Below the pieces are notes generated by a model, which was not told the DNA's origin, did no database searches, and saw only the letters and a program-made list of their open reading frames with translations. The translations under genes and the position numbers were made by a program. A stretch of DNA of 64,000 nt from a bacterium (GTDB lineage Bacteria > J088 > JAWLBW01), in NCBI GenBank assembly GCA_041690355.1, contig JAWLHK010000005.1, forward strand, positions 186,001-250,000, in the 5' to 3' direction. Shown here piece by piece: positions 18,053 through 29,935 of this stretch. The stretch's first letter is position 1, and each line of letters starts with the position of its first letter.

Positions 18053-20284
18053 TCAGCCGAACGCGATGTTGACCTTGAGCGGCGCCCCCTCGACGCGCAA
18101 GACGTGCGCCGACGAACGCCCCTCGTGACGGGAGAAGCGCAGGGCGATCTTCGACTCGCCGATGCGCATGTCGCGGTAGTCGACCCGCTCGAGGCGCGAC
18201 GGCAGGTGCGGATCGGTGATGGCCAGCTCGCGCCGGTTCGCGTCGGGCTGCAGGCCGAGCAGGGCGTGCAGCAGCTGGAAAAAGGTCCCCGACGCCCACG
18301 CCTGGGGGTTGCAGGCGACCGGATAGAGCACCGGATAATCGCTCGACCGGCGGCTCATGCCGCAGAAGAGTTCGGGCAGGCGGTACTCCTTGAAGTGCAG
18401 CATGGCCTCGTAGAGTGAAAGAAAGATCCGGGCCGCCGACTCCTTGAATCCGTAGTAGCACAGCCCCTGCGCGATGATGGCGTTGTCGTGGGGCCAGATG
18501 GTGCCGTTGTGATAGGAGACCGGATTATACGGCTTCTGCCCCCGGCCCAGGGTGCGGATGCCCCACCCGCTGAACATCGATTCCCCCAGCAGCACGTCGC
18601 GCATGCGCCGCGCCGTCTGCGGCCCCGGCACCCGGCTCCAGAGCAGGTGGCCGGGGTTCGACGTGATCGTCTTCACCGGATTCTTCTTTCCATCGAGCGC
18701 CAGCGCATAGAAGCCCAGATCTTCCTGCCAGAAGGCGGCGTCGATCTCGTTGCGCAGCCACTGGGCCTCCTGCATGAGCGCGTTGGCTTCGCGCGTGCGG
18801 CCGAGCATGCGGTAGAGATCGGCCATGCGGAAACGGGCGTCGTAGACATAGCCCTGCACCTCGACCAGCGCGATGGGGCCCTCGGCAAGCCGCCCGTCGG
18901 GGTGGATGACGGCGTCGTAGCTGTCTTTCCACCCCTGATTGACGAGGCCGCGCGGGCTGCGGCGCTGGTACTCGATGAAGCCGTCGCCATCGAGGTCGCC
19001 GTGATGGTCGATCCAGTCGAGCGCCGCTTCGGCGGCCGGCATCAGCTCCTGGAGCAGCGCGCGATCGCCCAGCCAGTTGATCGTTTCGTGCAGCAGGACG
19101 ATGAAGAGCGGCGTCGCATCGACCGTCCCGTAATAAGGGCGGTGGGGAATTTCGCCGCAGCGGGCCACCTCGCCGAGGCGCAGCTCGTGCATGATCTTGC
19201 CGGGCTCTTCTTCGGTCCAGTCGTCTTTCTTCCTGCCCTGGTGCGCGGCGAGAAAACGCAGTGTGCTCACGGCGATTTCGGGCTGAACGCTCAGCGTCTG
19301 CAGGCTGGCGATGATGGCGTCCCGCCCGAAGGGCACGGAGTACCACGGAATGCCTGCCGAGAGGATCGGCATGCCCCCCGAGTTCATGAGCAGGCTGCGG
19401 AAGTCGACGAGATTCTGGCTCAGGCCCGTATCCAGAAACTCGTCGTTCGAGCGGATTTTCGTGGCCCGCTGGCGCCACCCCTCGTACTCTTCGTCGATGT
19501 CGCCAAGCGCCTGGACGAACGGAATCGAGGCCTGCACGGCCCGGTCTTCTTCGAGCAGCGCGACATCGATGCGCAGGTAGGTTTTTTCCACGGGCGAAAG
19601 CTCGAGGTCGAAGCGGGCTTCACGCGGCGTGAGTGACTGCGGCGCCGGGTCGAAGCGGAGGCAGGTCTGACGCAGCAGGCCGTCGCGCCCCCGGTAGGAG
19701 AGGACGACGGCGCCGTCCTCCGTCCGCGGGAGCAGATACGCGCCGCGGGCCTCGCGCTGCAGGCCGCGCATCTCGAACAGATCCGCGAAGTCGGTGCTGA
19801 AGCGCACGACCAGCGAGAAGCGGATCGGCGCGAGGTTGAAGTTCGAGAGAATCAGGCGCTCCTGAAACCCCGCATCGATGAGCTGCTCGCGGCGCAGGTG
19901 CACGTACTGGTGCTCGAACTCCTGGCCGTCGAGCGCGCCGGTGAACGTCATGTCGATGACGGCCAGGCTGTTGTTGCGGATGCGGTTGCTGAGTACCGTC
20001 GCGGTACGTCCCGGCGCGCTCACGAGGTAGTGACTCAGATAGCGCGTATCGCGCCAGACCAGCCCCAGATCGGTCGCGCCGGGTGGCGTGATGTTGCCGG
20101 ACTGGTCGGTGATCAGGAAGACGTCGTTGCGCTTGATCGACAGCCGATCGGGGCCCTGGCTGTCACGGGTGAGTTCGCGCACCTCGTAACCGAGCAGCTC
20201 CCGTTCGTCGACAAGGTCTTCTCCGACCGTTCTGCCGCCGGTTGCGGCGTCCGGGGCGGGCCGGGCCGCCTGCCCGTCGCTCAT
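18053..20284 (-). CDS. Amylo-alpha-1,6-glucosidase (glycogen debranching enzyme-like glycoside hydrolase)
   Basis: AGIPWYSVPFGRD, EEPGKIMHELR, YYGTVDATPLF, NQGWKDS, YHNGTIWPHDN, LPELFCG, PQAWA. Confidence 0.92.
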   Translation of the reverse strand: MSDGQAARPAPDAATGGRTVGEDLVDERELLGYEVRELTRDSQGPDRLSIKRNDVFLITDQSGNITPPGATDLGLVWRDTRYLSHYLVSAPGRTATVLSNRIRNNSLAVIDMTFTGALDGQEFEHQYVHLRREQLIDAGFQERLILSNFNLAPIRFSLVVRFSTDFADLFEMRGLQREARGAYLLPRTEDGAVVLSYRGRDGLLRQTCLRFDPAPQSLTPREARFDLELSPVEKTYLRIDVALLEEDRAVQASIPFVQALGDIDEEYEGWRQRATKIRSNDEFLDTGLSQNLVDFRSLLMNSGGMPILSAGIPWYSVPFGRDAIIASLQTLSVQPEIAVSTLRFLAAHQGRKKDDWTEEEPGKIMHELRLGEVARCGEIPHRPYYGTVDATPLFIVLLHETINWLGDRALLQELMPAAEAALDWIDHHGDLDGDGFIEYQRRSPRGLVNQGWKDSYDAVIHPDGRLAEGPIALVEVQGYVYDARFRMADLYRMLGRTREANALMQEAQWLRNEIDAAFWQEDLGFYALALDGKKNPVKTITSNPGHLLWSRVPGPQTARRMRDVLLGESMFSGWGIRTLGRGQKPYNPVSYHNGTIWPHDNAIIAQGLCYYGFKESAARIFLSLYEAMLHFKEYRLPELFCGMSRRSSDYPVLYPVACNPQAWASGTFFQLLHALLGLQPDANRRELAITDPHLPSRLERVDYRDMRIGESKIALRFSRHEGRSSAHVLRVEGAPLKVNIAFG

Positions 20285-21327
20285 GCGCTGCGCCGCCTCG
20301 CCTCTTCCCGGTTGCGCAGCACCTCGTCATAGAGCTGCCGGTACTCGCGCGTCATGCGCCGGTGCGAAAAGCGCGTCTCGGCACGTTCGCGGCAGTTGCG
20401 CCGATCGATGTGGTGCGCCTTCTTGATCGCCTGGCAGAGCGCGTGCACGTCGCCGGTCGAAACGAGATGACCGGTCACCCCTTCATCGACGATCTCGGGT
20501 GCGCTCCCCTTCTTGAAGCCGACGACGGGTGTGCCGCTCAGCATGGCCTCGATCATGACCAGGCCGAAGGGCTCGTCCCATTCGATAGGGAAGGTCAGGG
20601 CGTATGCGTTGCGCAGCAGGGCCCGCTTTTCTTCGCCACCCACTTCACCGACGTAGTCGACGCCGGGCAGCTCGAGGCGCGGCTTGATCTCCTGGGCGAA
20701 ATACGATTTTTCATCCTCATGCGGCTCACCGGCGACCTTGATGGGCAGCTTCGCCATGCGCGCCGCATCGATGGCGCAGTGGGTCCCCTTCTCCCGCGCG
20801 ATGCGGCCGAGATAAAGCACGTAGTCACCCTGCTTGAAGGACGGGCGGTAGTCGCTCGGGATCAGGCCGTGATGGATGACGGGAATCTCGTCGGCGCCGA
20901 AGAGCACGGCCTTCTGGCGGTGGCTGATGGCCACGAAGTTGATTTCGGGAAAGAAGTGGTAGTAGCGGGAGAGGTTGGCGTTGCGGGTATGGTGCAGCGT
21001 GTGCACGACCGGGGTGTCGCCGAGAAAACCCTGAAACGACAGCGCCGCGGGGCTGTTGACGTGCACGATGTCGAAATCGCCGTCGGCGACCTGGCTCAGC
21101 GCCCAGCCGAGGTGCTGCAGCTCGATCATCGGATCCGGCGGCCAGAGCCCTTCGCGATGGTAGAAGCGCACCCGCGCCGACGCCCGGGAATCGCCGGTGG
21201 CAAACAGCGTTACATCATCTCCGTTTTCAAGCAGCCCCTCGCAGAGGGCGTTCAGAAAGAGTTCCGTCCCGCCATATTTGCGCGGGGGGACCGGGAGAAA
21301 CGGCGTCGATACGATGGCAATCTTCAT
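20281..21327 (-). CDS. GT4 family glycosyltransferase
   Basis: PVPPRKYGGTE, LGRIAREKG, WDEPFGLVMIEAM. Confidence 0.92.
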   Translation of the reverse strand: MKIAIVSTPFLPVPPRKYGGTELFLNALCEGLLENGDDVTLFATGDSRASARVRFYHREGLWPPDPMIELQHLGWALSQVADGDFDIVHVNSPAALSFQGFLGDTPVVHTLHHTRNANLSRYYHFFPEINFVAISHRQKAVLFGADEIPVIHHGLIPSDYRPSFKQGDYVLYLGRIAREKGTHCAIDAARMAKLPIKVAGEPHEDEKSYFAQEIKPRLELPGVDYVGEVGGEEKRALLRNAYALTFPIEWDEPFGLVMIEAMLSGTPVVGFKKGSAPEIVDEGVTGHLVSTGDVHALCQAIKKAHHIDRRNCRERAETRFSHRRMTREYRQLYDEVLRNREEARRRSA

Positions 21328-21465
21328 GAAGTCACTCTCCGGCTGATAATTTACCCTCATTGTAGGAACAAGAGGATGCAGCCAGAAGAATGTGACCGGT
21401 TACCCCATGGGCCGGGGGTTGCGAATGCCGGATGAGTGTGACACGCGGGGCAGCTTCCGTCTGCC

Positions 21466-23031
<1,566 letters not shown>

Positions 23032-23328
23032 GACGCTCCGGCTCCTGAATCGATTCGGGGGGCGAAAGAAAAGAAATCAGGATAACGGATCCGGCGCTTT
23101 CCCGCCAAGCGCCAGGGGGCCGGCGCCGCCTGGGCGGGGGAACGGAATCGCTGCCCGCGTTGTCTTTATCCATGGGGAGTCGCGCGTTGTCACTACCCCT
23201 CGCCGCCCGCGCAGCGAGGGGTCGGACTGCGCACGGCGGTAACGCACGGGATACGCTGAAGATGAGACCGTGGATGCACGCGGCCCGACCACGGGCAGGC
23301 CGGAGCGGGCAGTTGAATCTGAGGAACC

Positions 23329-24456
23329 ATGGCTAAGGATGCGAGCGCAGAAAATTCGCAGGATGCAGACGGGATCGCCCGGACGGCGGCCGCCGCCCGG
23401 CCCCCCGAGTTTCCCGCGACGCTCTCGATCGAAGCCGTGCGCGTTCCCGAATCGCAGCTGCTGCCGCTCGCCGTGCGCCTGGCGCGCGAGTTGCACGGGC
23501 CCGGTATCTTCGTGACCCCGACGGGCAAGGCCGCGCGCACGCTCGCCGTCGAGCTGCACGAAGCGGGAATCACGAACCGCATCGTGCACGCCCAGATGCG
23601 CGCCCGCGACCGCGCCCAGGCCGTGCAGAGCTTTCTCAACCACGAAGTGCCCGTACTCGTCGCGGCCGAGAACGTCACGCTGCCCCAGGGGCGCTACGCC
23701 ATCGGCTACGTCGTGCACGCCGGCGCCCCCGCCGACATGGACACCTACTGGGCCCAGGCCTCGCTCGCCGGCATGGAAGGCCGGGGGCGCGCCATCCTGC
23801 TCTTCGACCGCCGCGATAAGCGGCTCAAGACGCTGACGACCCGCAGCAGCGGCGTGCCCACCCTGGCCGAGGCCGAGCTTGCCCTCGCCCGGATCCGCAC
23901 GCTCGCCGCCGACGGCGACTCGGTCGAAGCGGCCGACCTGAGCGATCCGCTGAAGATGCCGCTGCGCCGCATCCGCAACCTGCTCCAGGTTCTGCGTGAG
24001 GCGGGGGCGATACGCGCGGTCGCCAGCGGCGCCTACGAGCCCGCCGGCCACGTCGAGGCCGCCGCCCTGCAGGAGGCGTTGCGCAATTACCGGGATACGC
24101 ACCAGGATGCCGAGAGCAACCTGAAGGAAGTGCTCGCATTCGCCGAGAGCAGCCTGTGCCGCCGCAAGGTGGTCCGGCGCTATTTCGGAGAAGAGGAGGC
24201 CGAGGCGTGCGGCATCTGCGACAACTGCCGGCGCGGCACCGAAGAACGCATGCGCCGGGTCACGCGCCAGCGCCGCGCACGCGCCCTGGCCCGGCCCGAA
24301 GGGGGGGCGCCGCGCCAGTGGTCACGCGGCGATCTCGTACAGCACGACACCTGGGGCGAGGGAGAGGTCAAGCAGGTCTGGGGCGACAAGATCCGCGTGC
24401 ACTTTCCCGGCCAGGGCGAAAAAGTGCTCAAGGCAGAATTCGTGCATCCCGCCTGA
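23329..24456 (+). CDS. RecQ C-terminal-like protein (degenerate helicase C domain, RecQ Zn-binding, C-terminal Tudor-like domain) lacking the DEAH ATPase domain
   Basis: CRR..VRRYFGE....CGICDNC; GDLVQHDTWGEGEV...VHFPGQGEKVL; no Walker A/B; GAGG RBS. Confidence 0.75.
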   Translation: MAKDASAENSQDADGIARTAAAARPPEFPATLSIEAVRVPESQLLPLAVRLARELHGPGIFVTPTGKAARTLAVELHEAGITNRIVHAQMRARDRAQAVQSFLNHEVPVLVAAENVTLPQGRYAIGYVVHAGAPADMDTYWAQASLAGMEGRGRAILLFDRRDKRLKTLTTRSSGVPTLAEAELALARIRTLAADGDSVEAADLSDPLKMPLRRIRNLLQVLREAGAIRAVASGAYEPAGHVEAAALQEALRNYRDTHQDAESNLKEVLAFAESSLCRRKVVRRYFGEEEAEACGICDNCRRGTEERMRRVTRQRRARALARPEGGAPRQWSRGDLVQHDTWGEGEVKQVWGDKIRVHFPGQGEKVLKAEFVHPA

Positions 24457-24477
24457 ACGGCCCCGCAGCAGACCGGC

Positions 24478-25935
24478 TTATTCCGCTACCGTGCGGTCGG
24501 CGCTCGCCGTACGGTAGTTGTAGTTGTCGCCGTAGAACCAGAGTCGCAGGTAGTTGCCCCGGGTCGGCTCCGATGCGGCGCTCTGAAACGAGGGCCAGGG
24601 CAGATAGCCTTCGGCGCCGCTCCAGTCGATCGGCATGATCGTCAGGCGCATGACGCCCGTGTCGTCGAGCGCGAGGCGTTCGAGCTCGAGGCACCCGGCC
24701 GCCGCACCGGGGCTCAGCGTCACCGTAAAGGAGCCGGGGCTGATGCCGCAGAGCGACGGGTTCTCGTTCGCCGTCGTCGAGGCGAGCAGTTCCCAGGCGC
24801 CGCCGGTCGTCGTCGTGACCGAGGGAACGAACTGTTCGACGCCGATCCAGACCGCCGTCACCGGCGAGGCGTAATCGAACGGAACGCTCAGCACGCTGGC
24901 GCTCGTGAACGGGGGAAATTCCGCAATCGTCGAGCTCAGGTCGCCCGACTGATCGTAGAGCGGTCGCCAATCGATGATCTGGTACACGGCGTCCTGTCGA
25001 TCGCCGACCAGCATCTCGACCCGTTGCTGACGGGTCTGCTTGTAGGTGAAGACCGCCGGATCCATGTTCTGCGTAAGCAGCAGGTCGTTGGCCCGTTTGG
25101 CGCTGGCCCCCGGTTCGGTCACCCACTCCAGATTGTTGCTGGCCGGAAAAACCCCGTGAGTCAGGTCGGTCCACAGTTCGGTCAGTTCATTGAAGCTGCG
25201 GTTGAACGCGTCTTCGTACAGCAGGGGCTGGAACTGGTTGAGAAAGAGGTTCTGCGCTTCGTCGGGGCTCTCCTGCGCCAGCGTCAGGGCCTCTTCGAGG
25301 GCTTCACGAATCTGCTCGAGCTGCGGCCCGAGTTCGGCCTCTTCTTCGCCCAGCCGGATGACGACACTCAGCGGGGTGGTTCCGTCGAAACGCACGGCCA
25401 CCGGCGCGGTCGCATCGCCCGGGCTGGTCTCTGAACCGTCGTCGCCGCGGAAGGTGCCGAAAGGCTCGCCGGCCGAGGGAAACCCGTTGAAATCGAGATC
25501 GAGCCAGGCGCCGATGAAATATTCCCCCTCGAGGGCCTGCCCGGTTTTCCAGTCGATGAGAAACTCGTCTTTGTTGCAGACGACCTTCTTGGCGAACGGA
25601 TTGTCGCCCGAACGGGGCGCGCCGACCGAGATACTGTCGGTATTGCCGTGGTTCTCGGGGCGGCTCTCCTTGGCGACAGGCCAGAGGCCGACGAAGACCG
25701 GCGGCTCGAGCGGCGGGAGATCGGCAAACCCCAGCGCGTTGGCGGTAGAGAGCCCCGCGGCCGTACAGTCACCGACCTGCTCGTTGGCGTCGGGCGGTAC
25801 GTCGCGCTTCTTGCTCACGATGGGATCTTCGTAGATGACCTTGCCGACCAGGTGGGCCCCGTCGTCGCCGCCACACGCCGCCCACGCGACCGACAGGCAG
25901 GCAATCAAGCCGATGTTCGTGATCTGATTACGCAT
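24478..25935 (-). CDS. Hypothetical lipoprotein
   Basis: Lipobox AWAAC-GG; acidic globular sequence; WLDLDFNG Ca-binding-like motif. Confidence 0.75.
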   Translation of the reverse strand: MRNQITNIGLIACLSVAWAACGGDDGAHLVGKVIYEDPIVSKKRDVPPDANEQVGDCTAAGLSTANALGFADLPPLEPPVFVGLWPVAKESRPENHGNTDSISVGAPRSGDNPFAKKVVCNKDEFLIDWKTGQALEGEYFIGAWLDLDFNGFPSAGEPFGTFRGDDGSETSPGDATAPVAVRFDGTTPLSVVIRLGEEEAELGPQLEQIREALEEALTLAQESPDEAQNLFLNQFQPLLYEDAFNRSFNELTELWTDLTHGVFPASNNLEWVTEPGASAKRANDLLLTQNMDPAVFTYKQTRQQRVEMLVGDRQDAVYQIIDWRPLYDQSGDLSSTIAEFPPFTSASVLSVPFDYASPVTAVWIGVEQFVPSVTTTTGGAWELLASTTANENPSLCGISPGSFTVTLSPGAAAGCLELERLALDDTGVMRLTIMPIDWSGAEGYLPWPSFQSAASEPTRGNYLRLWFYGDNYNYRTASADRTVAE

Positions 25936-26117
25936 TTCTCACCCTCGAAGGTCCGGTTCTTGCCGCGTACAGTATAGCCGCTCGGGATGGCGGATGCCAA
26001 AACCCGGCGGCGGGCGTCGAATGCGGGCGCTCGGCGACTGCGCCCGGCGTCTGCAATGGCCTCACGCGAAGGATGCCCGTGGCAGACCGCTCTGGTATTC
26101 TCTAGGGGAGCTTTCCG

Positions 26118-27812
26118 ATGCGTTGCAAGTACCATCCCGAGCGCGCCGGGCGCCGACGGTGTCATGCCTGCCGGCAGCCTGTCTGCGGCGCCTGCGTGCG
26201 CCATGCCGACCGGCGCGAATTCTGTTCCGGCATCTGCCACCTCGCGTGGAAGGCAGAGCAGGAGCCGCGCGCCCCCCGGGCCCGGCGCCTCTCCCGCAAG
26301 GCGAAGAAGCGCGCCCGCCGCGGGCAGCAGGCCGCCCTGGCCCAGGCCGTGCTGCAGGCGAAGGCGCTGCAGGCCCTCTGGCTTCAGGCGCAGGAGACGG
26401 CGCACTCGTTGCAAGCCGCCGCCCCGCCGGAACCGGTTCCGCTTGTGGAACGGGCTCCCCCTGGGGAAGCTGCTCGACGCGTGGAACCGGCTGCGCCCGC
26501 GGAATCGGCTTCCCCCGCGGCATCGGCTTTCACTGCGGAACCGGCTTCCCCTGCGACACCGGCTTCCCCTCTGGAACCAGGTATCCCATTGGAAGCGGCG
26601 CCCCGCCGGCCGGCGCCCATCGTGCTGCACAAAGCCGCGCCGCGGGGGTCCCGCTTCGCCGCGCTCGTGGCGGCGCAGGCGCTCATCCTGGCCGGAGCCG
26701 CCGGCATCCTCTGGCTCGGCAACGCACGGCTCGAAGACGCCGCCGGGCGCCTCGCCCGCGACACCGAACTGCGCCACCCGGCGCCCCCCGAGACGCCGTT
26801 CCTGCTGGACCCGCCGCACGAATTCAGCGCCCCCACCCTCACCGTCGCCATGCAGGCCGATGCCGACGCGCGCGTGACCGTGCTCGTCGACGGCATTCCG
26901 CATGCCGTCACGGCCGCCACGGTCCCCCCGGTGCTGACCCTGACACTCGATGCGGGCCCGCACGTGCTGCAGCCCGTCGCCGAACGCCGGGGCCTGACCG
27001 CCTACGGGCCGGCCGTGCTCGTGCGTCGCACCGCGCCGAAACCTTCTCGGGCCCCCGCGCCGCCTCTCCCGGCGAAGAAGGGGATCGATCGCGTCCCGGC
27101 GGCCGGGCGCGCCGTGTCGTTCACGTTCGACGGCGGCTCGAGCGCCAACGCGGCCGCGGCCATCCTGAGCGCCCTGCGCGAGCGCGGGATCACGACCACC
27201 CTCTTTCTCACGGGCGAGTTCATCCGCCGCTATCCCGAGATGGTGCTCCGGGCGCTCGACGACGGGCATGAGGTCGGCAATCACACGTGGAACCATCCGC
27301 ACCTGACCACCTTCGATGCGAACCGGCGCCATGACAACCGCCCCCACGTCGACCGCAGCTTCGTGCGCGAGCAGCTCGAACGCACCGAGGCGGAATACCG
27401 CAAGCTTACCGGGCGGCCCATGGCCCCGCTCTGGCGCGCACCCTACGGCGAGGTCAACGCCGTCATCGAAGGCTGGGCCACGGAACTCGGGTACCGGCAC
27501 GTCGGCTGGACGCGCGATACCGGCCTGGGCACCCTCGACTCGCTCGACTGGGTCACCGACGAAGACTCACGCCTCTATCTGAGCGGCCCCGCCTTCGAGC
27601 GCCGGCTCATCGAGCTTGCGCGTACCCGGCCCGATGACCTGGGCGGCGGTATCTTTCTCATGCATCTTGGAACCGAGCGAAAAGAGGATCAGCTGCACAC
27701 GCATCTCCCGCGCATCCTCGACGTGTACCACGCAGAGGGGTTCCGCATCGTTCCCGTCTCGCACCTCATCGCCGCGACCGCCGCCCCCGACATTGCCCGC
27801 CGCGCCGACTGA
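26118..27812 (+). CDS. Membrane-anchored polysaccharide deacetylase (NodB/CE4) with N-terminal Cys/His zinc-finger-like domain
   Basis: TFDGG, GHEVGNHTWNH, WRAPYG, LMH; N-terminal CKYH..CHAC..CGAC..CSGIC; one TM. Confidence 0.88.
   Translation: MRCKYHPERAGRRRCHACRQPVCGACVRHADRREFCSGICHLAWKAEQEPRAPRARRLSRKAKKRARRGQQAALAQAVLQAKALQALWLQAQETAHSLQAAAPPEPVPLVERAPPGEAARRVEPAAPAESASPAASAFTAEPASPATPASPLEPGIPLEAAPRRPAPIVLHKAAPRGSRFAALVAAQALILAGAAGILWLGNARLEDAAGRLARDTELRHPAPPETPFLLDPPHEFSAPTLTVAMQADADARVTVLVDGIPHAVTAATVPPVLTLTLDAGPHVLQPVAERRGLTAYGPAVLVRRTAPKPSRAPAPPLPAKKGIDRVPAAGRAVSFTFDGGSSANAAAAILSALRERGITTTLFLTGEFIRRYPEMVLRALDDGHEVGNHTWNHPHLTTFDANRRHDNRPHVDRSFVREQLERTEAEYRKLTGRPMAPLWRAPYGEVNAVIEGWATELGYRHVGWTRDTGLGTLDSLDWVTDEDSRLYLSGPAFERRLIELARTRPDDLGGGIFLMHLGTERKEDQLHTHLPRILDVYHAEGFRIVPVSHLIAATAAPDIARRAD
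26430..26609 (+). repeat. Degenerate 18-bp coding repeat (about 10 EPxxPx hexapeptides)
   Basis: GAA codons at 18-bp multiples (26430, 26448 ... 26574, 26592); EPVPLV ERAPPG EAARRV EPAAPA ESASPA ... Confidence 0.7.
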
Positions 27813-27853
27813 ACGGCGGCCCGGCCCGCATCGCCGCACGACCGATCGGTAGT

Positions 27854-27883
27854 TTGCAGCCGGTTCGAAGCCGCCTCTATAAT
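27854..27883 (+). promoter_or_regulatory. Possible sigma70 promoter
   Basis: TTGCAG-18bp-TATAAT upstream of GTG 27910. Confidence 0.45.
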
Positions 27884-27909
27884 GTTGGTTCTTTTTCGGG
27901 GGCCCTCTG

Positions 27910-29073
27910 GTGGATACGATTCTCGTCCTGATGTACGTCAACGGCACGCTCTGGATTGCCGCCGTGCTGCTGCTGGTGCTCGAGCAGCGCTTCAATCCCC
28001 CGATGCAGGCCGATCGCTACACGACGCCCCCGCCCGGTAATCCCAAAGTCAGCATCCTGATCCCCGCCCGCAACGAAGAGCGCAACATCGCGCGCTGTCT
28101 CGAGGCCGTGCTGGCCCAGGACTACGGCAACTTCGAGGTTTTCATCATCGACGATCAGAGCGAAGACCGCACGGCCGAAATCGTGCGCGGTTACGCAGCC
28201 CGCGACTCCCGCATCACCCTCATCTCGGGCGCGCCGCTGCCCGAGGGGTGGAAGGGGAAGGGATGGGCGCTCTGGCAGGGTCACCAGAAGGCGACCGGCG
28301 ACTGGGTGCTGCTGCTCGACGCCGACACGAAGATTTATCCCCACGCCCTCACGCAGACGCTCCACTTCGCCATCGAGGGCAACATCGATTTCCTCAACCC
28401 GACCCCCTTCTTTCAGCTCGGCAGTTTCTGGGAGCGGGTGCTGCAGACATTCGTCTGGGATTTCGTGCTGCTGCGGTTTCCGAAGCTGCTCGTCAACCGC
28501 CCATGGTTTCCCGACAACATGGCTTTCGGCCCCTTTCTGCTCATCCGCAAGAGCTGCTACGACGCCGTCGACGGTCACCGCAGGGTCTGCCACTCGATTC
28601 TCGAAGACGTGCTGCTCAGCAGGGAGATCAAGAAGGCGGGATACCGCACCTACGTGGTCGACGGCACGGCCATCTTCGAAGTGCGCATGTACACGAACTT
28701 CGCCGAGGTGCTGCAGGGGTGGACCAAGACCGCTTTCGCCTCCATGAATTACAACCTGCCGATGATGATCCTGGCCGTGCTCGGCATGTTTCTGTCGACC
28801 GCCCTGCCCTTTCTCACCGTCCCCATTGCCGGCTGGTTCTGGCTGACCACCGGCGGCGAAACCGCGTGGCTCTTTCTCGTCGCCGGTCTGTACCAGGTAG
28901 GCGCGCTGCTGCTGCGGCGCACCCTCAAGGATCTCTACTGCCAGTTCCCCCTGCGCTACGTGCTCACCCACCCGTTCGCCGTGTTCGTCGTCATCTACAT
29001 GCAGATCGACTCCACGTTGAAGTATTACTTCGGGGCGATCACGTGGAAAGGGCGCCAGTACGCCAAGAGCTGA
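27910..29073 (+). CDS. GT2 family membrane glycosyltransferase (HpnB/CrtQ-like)
   Basis: [36 protein letters not shown]-terminal TMs ending ITWKGR. Confidence 0.9.
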   Translation: MDTILVLMYVNGTLWIAAVLLLVLEQRFNPPMQADRYTTPPPGNPKVSILIPARNEERNIARCLEAVLAQDYGNFEVFIIDDQSEDRTAEIVRGYAARDSRITLISGAPLPEGWKGKGWALWQGHQKATGDWVLLLDADTKIYPHALTQTLHFAIEGNIDFLNPTPFFQLGSFWERVLQTFVWDFVLLRFPKLLVNRPWFPDNMAFGPFLLIRKSCYDAVDGHRRVCHSILEDVLLSREIKKAGYRTYVVDGTAIFEVRMYTNFAEVLQGWTKTAFASMNYNLPMMILAVLGMFLSTALPFLTVPIAGWFWLTTGGETAWLFLVAGLYQVGALLLRRTLKDLYCQFPLRYVLTHPFAVFVVIYMQIDSTLKYYFGAITWKGRQYAKS

Positions 29074-29215
29074 GTCCGGCTCCTCCACGCTGCCTCCCCG
29101 CCTGCCCCCGTAGGGCGCCCCGACAGACCGTCGGGCAAGCCCGCACCCCGCTTGCCAAAATGGCAAGAGCAGCGCTAGACTGAGAGAAATCACAGTAGCC
29201 GCCAGGGGGGAGACC

Positions 29216-29890
29216 ATGACAAGGTGGGGGATGCTGGCCGTCGTGTGTGTCACGATGACCGCGTGTGGTGACGGTTCCGAGACCGCCACCGATCTGCAGA
29301 ACAAAGTCCTCGAGACGGCGCTCAGCACGCGTCTCGACGACCAGAACGTCTTCGAAGCCACCCTCAGCGGCTCGCCGTTGAAGCTGGAGACCTTCGGCGC
29401 CAAGCTGAGCCTGGTCCGCATCGGCGACCCGGCCTCCGACAGCATCGGCGAATACCGGAAGATCGACATCAAGGCGGGTGACACGACACTCAACCTGAGC
29501 GCGGGCGCCGAGAATCTCTTTCAGGGCGCGAGCATCGTGCTCTACCACTGGCACGGCGAGCCCGAGGTGCCGGTGTACAATCCCCGCGAGGCCCCTTACG
29601 ACGACAGCGCCTATGCCGTCGTCGCCTACAGCGAATCGCGCCGCCACTCGGTCGAGCAGGACGGAGACAAAGACTGGTTCACGCTGCGCACCGACAACGG
29701 GATCGTGCGCATCGAAGCCTTCGATCCGGCCGACGACGGAGGCATCAAGGGGACGGTGCGCTTCGACGTCATCCTGACCGACCCCGACGAACCCATCCCG
29801 GCGGTCTATGACGGACTTCCGCACGTCAGCTTCGAGGGGCGTTTCAACGTACGCGTGCAGGGGGGGATCGACCAGACCTTTTTTCAGTGA
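29216..29890 (+). CDS. Hypothetical lipoprotein
   Basis: Lipobox MTAC-G; GGAG RBS; beta-rich. Confidence 0.75.
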   Translation: MTRWGMLAVVCVTMTACGDGSETATDLQNKVLETALSTRLDDQNVFEATLSGSPLKLETFGAKLSLVRIGDPASDSIGEYRKIDIKAGDTTLNLSAGAENLFQGASIVLYHWHGEPEVPVYNPREAPYDDSAYAVVAYSESRRHSVEQDGDKDWFTLRTDNGIVRIEAFDPADDGGIKGTVRFDVILTDPDEPIPAVYDGLPHVSFEGRFNVRVQGGIDQTFFQ

Positions 29891-29900
29891 CCCGCCCGGA

Positions 29901-29929
29901 TTGAAGTCGGTGCGCGAGGCTGCTAGCAT
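29901..29929 (+). promoter_or_regulatory. sigma70 promoter, likely leaderless start at GTG 29936
   Basis: TTGAAG-17bp-TAGCAT with TGn extension. Confidence 0.55.
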
Positions 29930-29935
29930 GACCCT

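Noticed and set aside
23032-23328. ZTP riboswitch upstream of purH
   Set aside because: The cgcctgggc-like motif is on the strand opposite to purH and the 5' conserved GACTGGCG segment was not found
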